Shown: positions 1-10,260 of the stretch, piece after piece
Position numbering within the stretch: position 1 is the stretch's first letter
How the letters are laid out: each line of letters starts with the position of its first letter
From: SAR116 cluster bacterium AG-325-F22
Lineage (GTDB): Bacteria; Pseudomonadota; Alphaproteobacteria; Puniceispirillales; Marisalimonadaceae
Length of the DNA stretch: 64,000 nt
NCBI GenBank assembly: GCA_003282885.1
Contig: QBYJ01000004.1
Location: 461-64,460 of the forward strand
Reading direction: 5' to 3'
Made by a program: the position numbers and the translations under genes
The notes under the pieces: model-generated
Seen by the model: the letters and a program-made list of their open reading frames with translations, nothing else
What the model was told of the DNA's origin: nothing
Database searches by the model: none

Positions 1-2
1 CT

Positions 3-785
3 AAAACAAACCATCGTAAGTATAGATCAAAAGCAATAGAATGCTTAAAAGAATCTGTAAAAAAAGATCCCAATTATGCGCCATCTTGGATTTGGTTAGC
101 TGAAATTACTAGAAAATTATATGCTGATTATCCTAAAGGTGAATATGATCATCTATTAAAAGATGCTAATATATACATTGATAAAGGTCTTTTACTCGAT
201 CCTCTTTCACCTAAAGGTTTATCTGTTAAAACAATGATCGAGTTTCACAAAAAAAACTGGGAAGAAATGTTTAATATTGCCGACAGGGCTTATGAATTAA
301 ACGTTAGTGATCCGAGTGTGCTTAGTAATTTGGCTGTAAATGTTGCATTTGGTGGTTCATGTACTTTAGATGAAGTTACTAAAATTAGTGAAAAACCTAA
401 ATTAAACAAAAACAAACAATGTCAATTTCACAAAGGTTGCTGGGAAATGGGTCTTAAAGCTCATAAATTAGATACCGGTAATTTTGCTACTATGGACAAC
501 TATATGTTGGCAGTATGCTATAATATAGTAAAAGATGGTAAAAATGCCCTAAAAATGATAAGTTCAATGCCACATAATGGAAATTTTTTCTTTGAAATCC
601 ATTCTGGAGTAGCTGCGCATTTTGCAAATAAATTTGATTTAGCTAAAAAACATTTTGAAAATGTGAAAAAATCAATAGAGGGTAATAAACTATCAAAAAT
701 TTACGATATTTTTAAAAAGTATAATAATGAACGTTTAAGCTATCCTGTTTACGAAGAAGTTTTGTTAAAATACGGTTTTGAATAA
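3..785 (+). CDS. TPR-repeat protein, 5'-truncated by the window edge (possibly the C-terminus of a cyclase/TolB-TPR protein)
   Basis: The frame is open from position 3 (KTNHRKYRSKAIECLKESVKKDPNYAPSWIWLAE...) into the ORF-track protein. TPR-like helices 'AIECLKESVKKDPNYAPSW' and 'ADRAYELNVSDPSVLSNLA'. Confidence 0.7.
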   Translation, partial: KTNHRKYRSKAIECLKESVKKDPNYAPSWIWLAEITRKLYADYPKGEYDHLLKDANIYIDKGLLLDPLSPKGLSVKTMIEFHKKNWEEMFNIADRAYELNVSDPSVLSNLAVNVAFGGSCTLDEVTKISEKPKLNKNKQCQFHKGCWEMGLKAHKLDTGNFATMDNYMLAVCYNIVKDGKNALKMISSMPHNGNFFFEIHSGVAAHFANKFDLAKKHFENVKKSIEGNKLSKIYDIFKKYNNERLSYPVYEEVLLKYGFE

Positions 786-911
786 TAATTTTATTTATTT
801 CCTATTCATTTTAATTTTTAAATTTACATATCTATCAAATATGTCATTTTAAAATTTAATCATTTATACATTTATCAAATTGTTATCATAAAATTAAAGA
901 AAGGATACAAA

Positions 912-2471
912 ATGAAGATATTAACTAAGTTAATCGCAACTATGATTTTTGTTAGTATATTTTCTCCTCTATTTGCTGCAACTATTAAATGGTCTATGCC
1001 GGGAGACTCTCTTACACTAGATCCACATGCGCAAAATGAGGGGCCTACACACATGGTTTCTAGGCAAGTTTATGAAGGGCTTGTTACAAGAGCAATTGAT
1101 ATGTCTATTAAGCCTCAATTATCTACTTCATGGAAAACAACTGATCCAGAAACTTGGGTTTTTACATTGCGAAAAGGAGTAAAATTCCAAGATGGAAGCT
1201 TACTAAAAGCCAGTGATGTTGAATTTAGTATTAATAGAGCTCTAACTGGAACTTCTGATGTAAAAGAACTGATCAATAGTATTACTTCAGTCAAAGCTTT
1301 AAACAATTCAACGATTGAGATTAAAACTAAGGGTCCAAACCCTATTTTACTAAATCAATTAGTCCAAATATTTATAATGTCTGAATCATGGTCAAAGAAA
1401 AATGGTTGTGAAACAGCACAAGATTATAATGCCTCTCAGGAAACATTTTGCTCTATAAATGCTATGGGTACAGGGCCATTTAAAATTACTTTAAGAGAAC
1501 AAAACACAAGAACTGTATTTGAGAGAAATAACAATTGGTGGGGTGATCAATCTCAACATAACATAGATAAAATTGAACTGCTGCCAATTAAAAATGATGC
1601 TACTCGAGTTGCAGCTCTTCTTTCAGGTGACATCGACTTTACTAATTTTACACCAGCCCAGGATATAAATAGAATTAAAAGCTCTTCAATGCATAAGGTA
1701 GTAAGTGCAGCTCAATCTCGAACAATTTTCTTTGGAATGGATCAAGGCGTTGATGAATTAAGATCGTCTAATATTAAAGGAAAAAATCCTTTTAAAGATA
1801 AAAAAGTGCGACTTGCATTTTACCATGCTCTAGATATGAATGCAATTAAAGAAAAAATTATGAGAGGTTTAAGTGAGCCAGCTGGTATGATAACTTTCCC
1901 AGGTGTTCAGGGTTATACAAAGCAATTAGATAAAAGATTATCATATGACCCTAATCTTTCTAAAAAACTTTTAGCTGATGCCGGATATCCTAAAGGCTTT
2001 GAAATAACTTTAGACTGTCCAAATAACCGATACATTAACGATGAAGCAATTTGTGTGGCTGCTGTAGGTATGCTTGCAAAGGTTGGTATAAAGGTAAATT
2101 TAGATGCTCAACCAAAAAGTATTCACTTTAAAGACTTAAAAGGTGGTTTAAGCGATTTCTATATGTTGGGCTGGGGTGTTCCAACATTTGATAGTCATTA
2201 TGTATATTCATTTCTCTTAAAATCCGACGGAAGTTGGAATAAATCTGGTTTTAAAAATGAAAAGGTTGACGAATTAGTGGGTACTATGTTGACAGAAACA
2301 AATCTAGACAAGAGAAATGCTAATATCGCTGAAGCTTGGTCAATTGTTCAAGATAACATGCCTTATTTGCCTCTTCACCACCAAGTAATTTCCTGGGGAA
2401 CAAAGAGTAATGTTAATATTCCTATTAGAACAAATAACGAGCCACTTTTTCGTTTCGCTAAAGTAAACTAA
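912..2471 (+). CDS. Peptide/nickel ABC transporter substrate-binding protein (family 5, DppA/DdpA-like)
   Basis: Signal peptide; LDPH, 'FTLRKGVKFQDG', GTGPF and 'NPFKDKKVRLAFYHALD' motifs. Confidence 0.92.
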   Translation: MKILTKLIATMIFVSIFSPLFAATIKWSMPGDSLTLDPHAQNEGPTHMVSRQVYEGLVTRAIDMSIKPQLSTSWKTTDPETWVFTLRKGVKFQDGSLLKASDVEFSINRALTGTSDVKELINSITSVKALNNSTIEIKTKGPNPILLNQLVQIFIMSESWSKKNGCETAQDYNASQETFCSINAMGTGPFKITLREQNTRTVFERNNNWWGDQSQHNIDKIELLPIKNDATRVAALLSGDIDFTNFTPAQDINRIKSSSMHKVVSAAQSRTIFFGMDQGVDELRSSNIKGKNPFKDKKVRLAFYHALDMNAIKEKIMRGLSEPAGMITFPGVQGYTKQLDKRLSYDPNLSKKLLADAGYPKGFEITLDCPNNRYINDEAICVAAVGMLAKVGIKVNLDAQPKSIHFKDLKGGLSDFYMLGWGVPTFDSHYVYSFLLKSDGSWNKSGFKNEKVDELVGTMLTETNLDKRNANIAEAWSIVQDNMPYLPLHHQVISWGTKSNVNIPIRTNNEPLFRFAKVN

Positions 2472-2477
2472 ACAAAT

Positions 2478-2512
2478 AACAATGCCAGTTTAAAACATTA
2501 ACTGGCATTGTT
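2478..2512 (+). terminator. Stem-loop after the SBP gene (mRNA-stabilising or attenuating hairpin)
   Basis: Perfect 13-bp inverted repeat AACAATGCCAGTT / AACTGGCATTGTT with a 9-nt loop, between the SBP and permease genes. Confidence 0.75.
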
Positions 2513-2537
2513 TCAAAATAAACTATAAATATGTCAA

Positions 2538-3521
2538 ATGTTTCAATATTTATTAAAAAGACTCCTTCAGTCAATTCTTGTTATGCTTATTGTGGGCTTT
2601 GTATCTTTTTCATTGTTTAACTTTGTAGGTGATCCTGTAAACAATATGGTTGGACAAGAGGCTAGTGAAGAAACAAGGGAGGAAATTCGAGAAAAACTTG
2701 GATTGAAAGATCCTGTTTATACACAATTTTTTAAATTTGTTGTTAATGCTTCAAATGGAGAATTTGGGTTGTCGTATGAATTAAGACGACCAGTTTCACT
2801 TTTAATTTCTGAACGATTACCTGCCACACTTGAATTAGTTTTAGTTTCGGCCTTAATTGCCATTTTCTTTGGAGTATTTTTTGGTGTATATACTGCAATT
2901 AATCGTGAAGGTTTAGTTAGTAACTTCATATTAGTTACATCACTATTCGGTGTATCTCTTCCTACTTTTGTTATTGGAATTTTATTCATATATTTATTTT
3001 CAGTTATTCTAGGCATTTTACCCTCTTTTGGTAGAGGTGAAGTAGTCGATTTTGGTTTTTGGTCTACAGGTTTTTTAACTTTGAGTGGCATTAAAGCATT
3101 AATATTACCTTCGATTACGTTAAGTCTATTTCAAATGACTTATATCATAAGACTTGTTAGAGCTGAGATGATGGAAATTTTGGAAACTGATTATATAAAA
3201 TTCGCAAGAGCAAGAGGAATTAATAAAAAAGTTATAAATAATAAGCATGCTCTTAAAAATGGTTTGATACCCGTTATAACTATAACGGGTATAAATGTTG
3301 GCACTCTAATAGCTTTTTCCATTATTACAGAAACTGTATTTCAATGGCCTGGTATGGGTTTATTATTTATAAATGCAGTTCAATTTGTTGATATTCCAAT
3401 AATGTCAGCTTACTTAATAATGGTTGCATTTTTATTTGTCATGATTAATTTTATAGTTGATATAGCGTATTACTTTATTGATCCAAGAATTAGATTTAAA
3501 GAAGAAACAACAATTAAATGA
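2538..3521 (+). CDS. Peptide ABC transporter permease (DppB-like)
   Basis: Hydrophobic; 'RLPATLEL', EAA loop 'DYIKFARARG', 'ITETVFQWPGMG'. Confidence 0.92.
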   Translation: MFQYLLKRLLQSILVMLIVGFVSFSLFNFVGDPVNNMVGQEASEETREEIREKLGLKDPVYTQFFKFVVNASNGEFGLSYELRRPVSLLISERLPATLELVLVSALIAIFFGVFFGVYTAINREGLVSNFILVTSLFGVSLPTFVIGILFIYLFSVILGILPSFGRGEVVDFGFWSTGFLTLSGIKALILPSITLSLFQMTYIIRLVRAEMMEILETDYIKFARARGINKKVINNKHALKNGLIPVITITGINVGTLIAFSIITETVFQWPGMGLLFINAVQFVDIPIMSAYLIMVAFLFVMINFIVDIAYYFIDPRIRFKEETTIK

Positions 3522-4441
3522 TACGTCAAATTATTAAAAATTTTTTAGATACAGATATTGGATATAGCTTTTCAAAGTCTAAAGTTGCTATTGTTTCTTC
3601 AATTATATTTTTAGCAATTATGTTTACCTCATTATTTGCTGTTGTGATAGCTCCTTACAACCCTTTTGACCCCAAGAGTATTTCTCTAATGGATGCTTTT
3701 ACACCACCAATATGGTCTATTGGTGGAAGTGTAGAATTTATTTTGGGAACTGATCAACAAGGTAGGGATATGTTATCAACCATAATATATGGTTCACAAA
3801 TTTCTTTAATAGTTGGGTTTGCCTCAATAATTTTTGCTATGATTGTTGGTGTCTTTTTAGGAGTTACTGCTGGTTATTTAGGTGGCCGATACGAAATAAT
3901 TGTGATGAGGTTAACTGATGTTCAACTAACAATACCTAGTATTTTAATGGCTCTTTTGGTTGATGGAATAGCGAGAGGGTTTATCAATAAATCACTTCAT
4001 GATGACATGGCTATATACGTTCTTATCTTAGCTATTGGAATATCGGAATGGCCACAATTTGCTAGAATCACGAGAGCTGCTACTCTTGTTGAAAAAAACA
4101 AAGAATATGTTTTGGCTGGAAGAATAATTGGTCTATCTGATTTAGTAATTATGGTAAAACATATTTTACCTAATATTTTAAGGCCTATTTTAGTTATATC
4201 AACTATAGGATTATCGCAGGCAATTATAACCGAATCTACTCTTAGTTTTTTAGGGGTAGGATTTCCACCTACAAACCCGTCTTTGGGCACATTAATTAGA
4301 TTTGGGAACAACTTTTTATTTTCAGGAGAATGGTGGATTACTTTTTTTCCTGCAATTTTTCTTGTTGTTCTTGCTTTATCAATTAATTTATTAGGGGATT
4401 GGATGAGAGATGCCTTAAATCCAAAACTCAAAGTAAGATGA
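3518..4441 (+). CDS. Peptide ABC transporter permease (DppC-like)
   Basis: 'LGTDQQGRD', 'EYVLAGRIIG', 'LSFLGVG' motifs; 4-nt overlap with the upstream gene. Confidence 0.92.
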   Translation: MIRQIIKNFLDTDIGYSFSKSKVAIVSSIIFLAIMFTSLFAVVIAPYNPFDPKSISLMDAFTPPIWSIGGSVEFILGTDQQGRDMLSTIIYGSQISLIVGFASIIFAMIVGVFLGVTAGYLGGRYEIIVMRLTDVQLTIPSILMALLVDGIARGFINKSLHDDMAIYVLILAIGISEWPQFARITRAATLVEKNKEYVLAGRIIGLSDLVIMVKHILPNILRPILVISTIGLSQAIITESTLSFLGVGFPPTNPSLGTLIRFGNNFLFSGEWWITFFPAIFLVVLALSINLLGDWMRDALNPKLKVR

Positions 4442-6135
4442 CGTTTTTAAAAATAGATAATCTGGATATTGAATATCAAACTCGAAAAGAAACAATTAAT
4501 GCGAGTAAAAACGTTTCATTTAATTTGGAAAGAGGTGAAATAATAGGTATAGTTGGAGAGTCAGGATCTGGAAAATCAACGGTTGCTAATGCAATCATTA
4601 ATTTAATAGATAAACCAGGAAAGATTACCAATGGATCAATTTTATTAGATGAAATAGAATTATGTAATAATGAAGAAGTCATTAGAACTATTAGAGGGAA
4701 AAAAATTGGTTTTATTTTTCAAGATCCACAAACATCATTAAATCCTCTTTTTACAATAAAAGACCAATTGATTGAAACAATTCAAACACATACAGACCTA
4801 AATTATAACAAAGCTTTTGAAAAATCTATGAAGTTGTTAACAGAGGTTGGAATAGAAAATCCTGAAAAAAGAATTAATGATTACCCACACCAATTTAGTG
4901 GAGGGATGCGTCAACGAGTTGTAATAGCCCTTGCTATAAGTTGTGAACCAGATTTACTAATAGCAGACGAACCAACGACCGCATTAGATGTCAGTATACA
5001 GTTCAAGATACTTAAACTTTTAAAAAAACTTACACTTGATAGAAAATTAGGTGTCTTAATTATTACCCATGATATGGGTGTAATAGCAGAAATCACAGAT
5101 AAAGTAATCGTCATGAGGTATGGTAAGATTGTTGAGCATGGTGAAACATATAAGGTCTTATCGCAGCCAGTCTCTATCGAATGTAAAAGTTTAGTAATGT
5201 CTGTACCTCCCACAAACAAAAAAATTGATAGATTTAAATTTTTAAGCCCCGATGGTAATCAGATAATTGATACTTCTTTAAAGTTAACAAATAATATAAT
5301 TAAAAATTGGGAAATTAGAGAGAAAAGTAAAAAAAAATTATTAGATTTTTTAAATATTACTAAGATATTTGACGAAAATAAAATTTTATCTTCAAAGAAT
5401 GATGAGGATAAAATCAAAGCTTTAGAAAATGTTTCTTTTAATATATTTGAAGGAGAATCTTTTGGATTAGTTGGTGAATCTGGATCTGGAAAATCAACGA
5501 TAGCTAAAATTATAAGTGGATTGATTAACCCAACAAAAGGAGAAATTTATTTTGAAAACTTATCATTGTTAGATCCAAGAAATAAATTGAAAATTAAAAA
5601 ATTTAAAGGTCAAATTCAAATGATTTTTCAAGATCCATACTCTTCATTAAATCCTAGGTTTAAGATTAAGGAAATAATATCCGAACCTATAAAGTTTTTT
5701 AGGAAAAATATTGATAATTATTTTTTAGATCAAAATGTAAATGATTTAATTGATATTGTAGGTATATCAAGAAAATCACTTGAAAGATTTCCGCACGAAT
5801 TTTCAGGTGGTCAAAGACAAAGAATTTCTATTGCTAGAGCTCTTGCTACAAAACCTAGATTACTTATTTGCGATGAACCTACTTCAGCCCTAGATGTTAC
5901 AATTCAAGCACAAGTCTTAAATCTTTTAAAAGATTTGCAAGAACAATTAAATCTAACAATATTTTTCATTAGCCATGATCTACCAGTAATTCGTCAAATG
6001 TGTAATAGAATAGCTGTGCTTAAAAAAGGGCGTATTTGTGAAATAAATCAAACTGAAAGTATTTTTAATAATCCCAAAAATCTGTACACTAAAGAACTCT
6101 TAAGAATGATGCCAAAAATTGAAACTATAATTTAA
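4438..6135 (+). CDS. Fused double ABC ATPase (DppD/F-like)
   Basis: Two GESGSGKST Walker A, two FSGG signature and two DEPT Walker B motifs. Probable ATG at 4438 overlaps the upstream stop (ATGA). Confidence 0.92.
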   Translation: MTFLKIDNLDIEYQTRKETINASKNVSFNLERGEIIGIVGESGSGKSTVANAIINLIDKPGKITNGSILLDEIELCNNEEVIRTIRGKKIGFIFQDPQTSLNPLFTIKDQLIETIQTHTDLNYNKAFEKSMKLLTEVGIENPEKRINDYPHQFSGGMRQRVVIALAISCEPDLLIADEPTTALDVSIQFKILKLLKKLTLDRKLGVLIITHDMGVIAEITDKVIVMRYGKIVEHGETYKVLSQPVSIECKSLVMSVPPTNKKIDRFKFLSPDGNQIIDTSLKLTNNIIKNWEIREKSKKKLLDFLNITKIFDENKILSSKNDEDKIKALENVSFNIFEGESFGLVGESGSGKSTIAKIISGLINPTKGEIYFENLSLLDPRNKLKIKKFKGQIQMIFQDPYSSLNPRFKIKEIISEPIKFFRKNIDNYFLDQNVNDLIDIVGISRKSLERFPHEFSGGQRQRISIARALATKPRLLICDEPTSALDVTIQAQVLNLLKDLQEQLNLTIFFISHDLPVIRQMCNRIAVLKKGRICEINQTESIFNNPKNLYTKELLRMMPKIETII

Positions 6136-6241
6136 TATATCGATGGATTCAGGATTAAAGTTAGTGTAATTAATATTTTAAATGTATCATTTCTTTTAAC
6201 TAATTTTTGAAAAAACTTATGTTTCTTATTTTATACACGTC

Positions 6242-6895
6242 ATGAAGTCTTTATTATTTGGTTCTATTGGTTCTATAGTTGAAAGTTCTGAAATTCAAAG
6301 GAAAGCTTTTAATGCTGCTTTTAAAGAATTTGGTATTGACTGGTATTGGAACGTAGCTAACTATATAAAAATGCTTAAAAAGCCTGGTGGTTTAAATCGT
6401 CTGATTGAATTTTCAAAAAATAAATTGAATTTAGATGATGCTAAACAAATACATTTATTAAAAATTAAATATTTCAAATTATTATCGAAAAAAAATTTAA
6501 AACCAAGGGATGGAGTTTTAGAAGTTATTGAATATGCATCTATTCATAATATTAAAATTGGTTTTATTACAACTACAACTAAGGATACCCTAGATTTAGT
6601 AATCAACAATTTATCAAAACAGGTTGATTTTTCAAAATTTGACTTAATTACCTATGATGAGCTTGTTTCTAAAAGAAAACCTGATCCTGAAATTTATAAA
6701 TTTGCATTAAAAAAACTAGAAGTGATGCACTCAAGTTCATTAGCAATTGAGAATACTATAGAAAACTGTCGTTCTGCAATGAATGCAAATATACAGACGC
6801 TTTTATACCCGGGTGAATATACAACTTATGAAGAAAGTTCTCTAATAAGCAAAGATATATTCAAATCTGTAAAATCTTTTTTTGAAGAAGGGTAA
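6242..6895 (+). CDS. HAD-superfamily CbbY-like protein with degenerate catalytic motif
   Basis: 'AFNAAFKEFG.DWYW' and 'KPDPEIY' are CbbY-like, but motif I reads FGSIGS instead of FDxDGT. Confidence 0.8.
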   Translation: MKSLLFGSIGSIVESSEIQRKAFNAAFKEFGIDWYWNVANYIKMLKKPGGLNRLIEFSKNKLNLDDAKQIHLLKIKYFKLLSKKNLKPRDGVLEVIEYASIHNIKIGFITTTTKDTLDLVINNLSKQVDFSKFDLITYDELVSKRKPDPEIYKFALKKLEVMHSSSLAIENTIENCRSAMNANIQTLLYPGEYTTYEESSLISKDIFKSVKSFFEEG

Positions 6896-6905
6896 ATGAT
6901 ACTAA

Positions 6906-7955
6906 ATGGCAGAGATTGAACTAATTAAAGTGTCAAAAAGTTGGGGTGATTTCAATGCTGTAATTGATTTTAATTTAACGATCAAGGACAAAGAGTTTTT
7001 AGTGTTATTAGGTCCTTCTGGATGCGGTAAAACTACTACAATGAGAATGATAGCTGGATTAGAGGATTTAACAGATGGAATTATTAAAATTGATAGTAAA
7101 ATTGTAAATGATTTAGAACCTAAAGACAGAGATATTTCTATGGTATTTCAATCATATGGTCTATATCCAAATATGACAGTCTATGAAAATGTTAGATTTC
7201 CTTTAAAAATAAGAAAGATACCTAAAGAAAGCCATAATAATTTAGTTATGGAGGCTATCAATTTAGTTGAATTAAATGATTTTTGTCATAGAAAACCGTC
7301 TGAACTATCTGGAGGACAAAAACAGAGAGTTGCATTAGCAAGAGCTTTAGTAAGAAAACCTAATGTTTTTTTAATGGATGAACCATTATCTAATCTTGAT
7401 GCTAAATTGAGAGTTTCGACTAGAGGTCAGATTAAACACTTACAAAACCAACTTCAAATAACTACAATATACGTTACTCATGATCAAATTGAAGCAATGA
7501 CTTTGGCTGATAGAGTTGTTGTTATGAATAAGGGTATTATTCAACAAATTGGTAAACCAAAACAAATTTATGACAAGCCTATAAATACATTTGTTGCTTC
7601 GTTCATAGGTAACCCCCCTATGAATTTAATTAATGGTTATATCAAGGATACTGATTTTATTGCTAAAGATATAAAAATTGAAAATTTTAATCATAAAAAT
7701 GGAAAATATAAGCTTGGATTTCGTGCAGAAGATGGTAAAATAACTAAGGGTATTTCTGGAAATATTAAAGGACCAATTTTTTCAATAGAGCTTTTAGGTG
7801 ATGCGACCATGGTAACGGTGAAAATAGAAGAAAATTTTATTTCAGTAAAAATGAGTAATACTTTTAACGCATCTTTAGGAGATGCCGTTAGTATATCAAT
7901 TTTGTCTTCAAAGTGTCATATTTTTGATGATAAAACTGGTTTTAATTTGAGTTAA
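6906..7955 (+). CDS. Carbohydrate ABC transporter ATPase (MalK/UgpC-like)
   Basis: GPSGCGKTT, LSGGQKQR, MDEPLSNLDAKLR, YVTHDQ. Confidence 0.93.
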   Translation: MAEIELIKVSKSWGDFNAVIDFNLTIKDKEFLVLLGPSGCGKTTTMRMIAGLEDLTDGIIKIDSKIVNDLEPKDRDISMVFQSYGLYPNMTVYENVRFPLKIRKIPKESHNNLVMEAINLVELNDFCHRKPSELSGGQKQRVALARALVRKPNVFLMDEPLSNLDAKLRVSTRGQIKHLQNQLQITTIYVTHDQIEAMTLADRVVVMNKGIIQQIGKPKQIYDKPINTFVASFIGNPPMNLINGYIKDTDFIAKDIKIENFNHKNGKYKLGFRAEDGKITKGISGNIKGPIFSIELLGDATMVTVKIEENFISVKMSNTFNASLGDAVSISILSSKCHIFDDKTGFNLS

Positions 7956-7968
7956 ACAAGGAGAAAAT

Positions 7969-9195
7969 ATGAAACTATTATTAATAAAAATTTTATCTTC
8001 AATTATTTTTTTAACATCTACTAGCTCATTCGCATGTAGTATTTCTGCTAGAGTTAGTATTGTTGGAAATGAATTTCCTGCAATCCAAACAGTTGGATCG
8101 GGTGCAAAAGAATGTAAAGGAGCTAAAGTATCAGCAAATTTAACTGCAGATCATCAAAAAATTAATGTTGCAGGTATGAGTAGTGAGCCAGCTGAATATA
8201 CCTCAGCTATTGTCGCAAATACATCAATTGTTGCATTACTTAATGAAGACCTTATAAGGCCCTTAGATAGTTTAGTTAAAAAGCATGGTAAGGGTTTGAA
8301 AAAGAACCAACTTATTACTATTGATGGTAAAATAATGGCTGTAGCATTTATGGCTAATGCGCAACATCTTGTTTATAGAAAAGATATATTGAAAAAACTA
8401 AATATTGATGTTCCTAAGACCTATGAAGAAATGCTTTCTGCAGCAAAAAAAATTAGAGATGCTGGTCTTGTAAAAAATCCTGTTGGTGGAGCTTACAAAG
8501 CTGGCTGGAATTTAGCTCAAGAATTTAATAATATGTTTATAGGTTATGGAGGATCACATTTTAAAGGCAACACTGCAGAACCAAATGTAAATTCTGAATC
8601 TGGTGTAAAAGCTCTAGAAATGATGAAAGCTTTGTCAAATTATATGAATCCAGATTTTCTAACCCATGATAGTAACGCTACAAATGCCGAGTTTAGAGCT
8701 GGAAACGTTGCTATTATGAATATGTGGGGTAGTAGAGCTGCAACATTAGTAGACGCTGATGGTGTAAGTGATGAAGTTAAAAATGGTATGGATATAGCTG
8801 GACCTATGACAGTTGGGGGAGGTAAAACTCCTGCTTCGACATTGTTTTGGGATGGTTGGACTGTAGCTAAAAAAATAAGTGATAAAGAAGCTGAAGCTAC
8901 ATTTATTGCAATGACTAATGCTATTAGACCGTCAATAATGGATAATGATGAAATAAGAAAGCAAGCTGTATGGTTAATTGATGGTTATAAGCCGACAGAA
9001 GCAGCTAAAGGTGTTTTTGCAGCAGCAAAAATGAGCACTACTCCTTATCCAATGTTACCATATGCAGGATTAATGCATTCAGCAATTGGAAAGGAAATAT
9101 CTGATTTTATGCAAGGTAAAGAATCAGCAAAAAAGACTTTATCTGACATAGAAGATGCTTACAAAGCTTCTGCAAAAGAAAAAGGTTTTTTATAA
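7969..9195 (+). CDS. CUT1-type ABC substrate-binding protein
   Basis: Signal peptide; 'LVYRKDIL...VPKTYEEM' family 1 SBP pattern; GGAG RBS. Confidence 0.87.
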   Translation: MKLLLIKILSSIIFLTSTSSFACSISARVSIVGNEFPAIQTVGSGAKECKGAKVSANLTADHQKINVAGMSSEPAEYTSAIVANTSIVALLNEDLIRPLDSLVKKHGKGLKKNQLITIDGKIMAVAFMANAQHLVYRKDILKKLNIDVPKTYEEMLSAAKKIRDAGLVKNPVGGAYKAGWNLAQEFNNMFIGYGGSHFKGNTAEPNVNSESGVKALEMMKALSNYMNPDFLTHDSNATNAEFRAGNVAIMNMWGSRAATLVDADGVSDEVKNGMDIAGPMTVGGGKTPASTLFWDGWTVAKKISDKEAEATFIAMTNAIRPSIMDNDEIRKQAVWLIDGYKPTEAAKGVFAAAKMSTTPYPMLPYAGLMHSAIGKEISDFMQGKESAKKTLSDIEDAYKASAKEKGFL

Positions 9196-9201
9196 AAGGC
9201 G

Positions 9202-9226
9202 ACTAGAGAGTTTATGGCTCTCTAGT
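9202..9226 (+). terminator. Stem-loop after the SBP gene
   Basis: ACTAGAGAG-N7-CTCTCTAGT perfect 9-bp stem. Confidence 0.65.
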
Positions 9227-9234
9227 TTAAAAAA

Positions 9235-10260
9235 ATGAAACATAAAACTTTCTTTTGGTTTATACTTCCAACATTCTTGGCAATGTTTTTCTTTATAACA
9301 TTGCCAATTATTTCTGTTACAATTCAATCTTTGCACACCCCTCATGAAAATGTTTTAGTTACCGTAGAAAACTGCGATCCTTTTGGTTGTAAAAAGGCTA
9401 CATCTATAAATCATGAGGCTACACAAAATTTAAAAAAAAATAACCCGTTAGGCAAATATGTTGGTTTAGATGTCTATTTTGATAGAGGTCATTTAGCAAT
9501 TGAACAGGTCAAAGACTTATGGTCAAAGACTAATAATTTTTTTGAATTTTTAAAATTAACTGCTGATTTACCATTTTATAAAGCCTTATTTTTTACTTTG
9601 ACTTTTACATTTACAGTTACACCAATAATGCTTGTTCTCGGGCTATTAATTGCCTTAGGAGTGAATTCATTTAATAAAAAATTAAAAGGTCTAATTATAT
9701 TTTTTTCTCTTTTGCCAATGATAGTTACGCCATTAATAGGTTCGATCATACTATTTTGGATGATAGATAGTAGAGGTATTGTGGGAAACTTATTACAAAT
9801 ATTATTTGAAGACCCAGGTTTATCTCTTAAAGCATCTACATTCTTAACTTGGATAATGTTAATAGTTTACGGGGTATGGCATGCAATTCCTTTTTCATTT
9901 ATTGTTTTTTATGCAGGATTACAGACCCTTCCAAAAGATCAAATAGAATCTGCACAAATTGACGGTGCAAATACTTTCCAACAAACCATACACATAATAA
10001 TACCGCATATAATGCCACTAATTACGTTTGTAACATTAATGCAGCTAATGGATAATTTCAGGGTGTTTGAACCAATCGTAGGGTTTAATGCAGAAGCTCA
10101 TGCAACCTCATTAAGCTGGATTATTTTTAATGATCTTGGAGGAGAGACAAGACAGTTATCTGCTGCAGCAACTTCTTCTATACTAACTATTCTTGGTATT
10201 ATAATCTTACTCTTACCGGTTTTAATAAAAACATGGAAAGAATTTGAGTTCAAAAAATGA
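9235..10260 (+). CDS. Carbohydrate ABC permease with large extracytoplasmic loop
   Basis: EAA motif 'ESAQIDGAN'; long loop containing 'ENCDPFGCKK'. Confidence 0.88.
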   Translation: MKHKTFFWFILPTFLAMFFFITLPIISVTIQSLHTPHENVLVTVENCDPFGCKKATSINHEATQNLKKNNPLGKYVGLDVYFDRGHLAIEQVKDLWSKTNNFFEFLKLTADLPFYKALFFTLTFTFTVTPIMLVLGLLIALGVNSFNKKLKGLIIFFSLLPMIVTPLIGSIILFWMIDSRGIVGNLLQILFEDPGLSLKASTFLTWIMLIVYGVWHAIPFSFIVFYAGLQTLPKDQIESAQIDGANTFQQTIHIIIPHIMPLITFVTLMQLMDNFRVFEPIVGFNAEAHATSLSWIIFNDLGGETRQLSAAATSSILTILGIIILLLPVLIKTWKEFEFKK

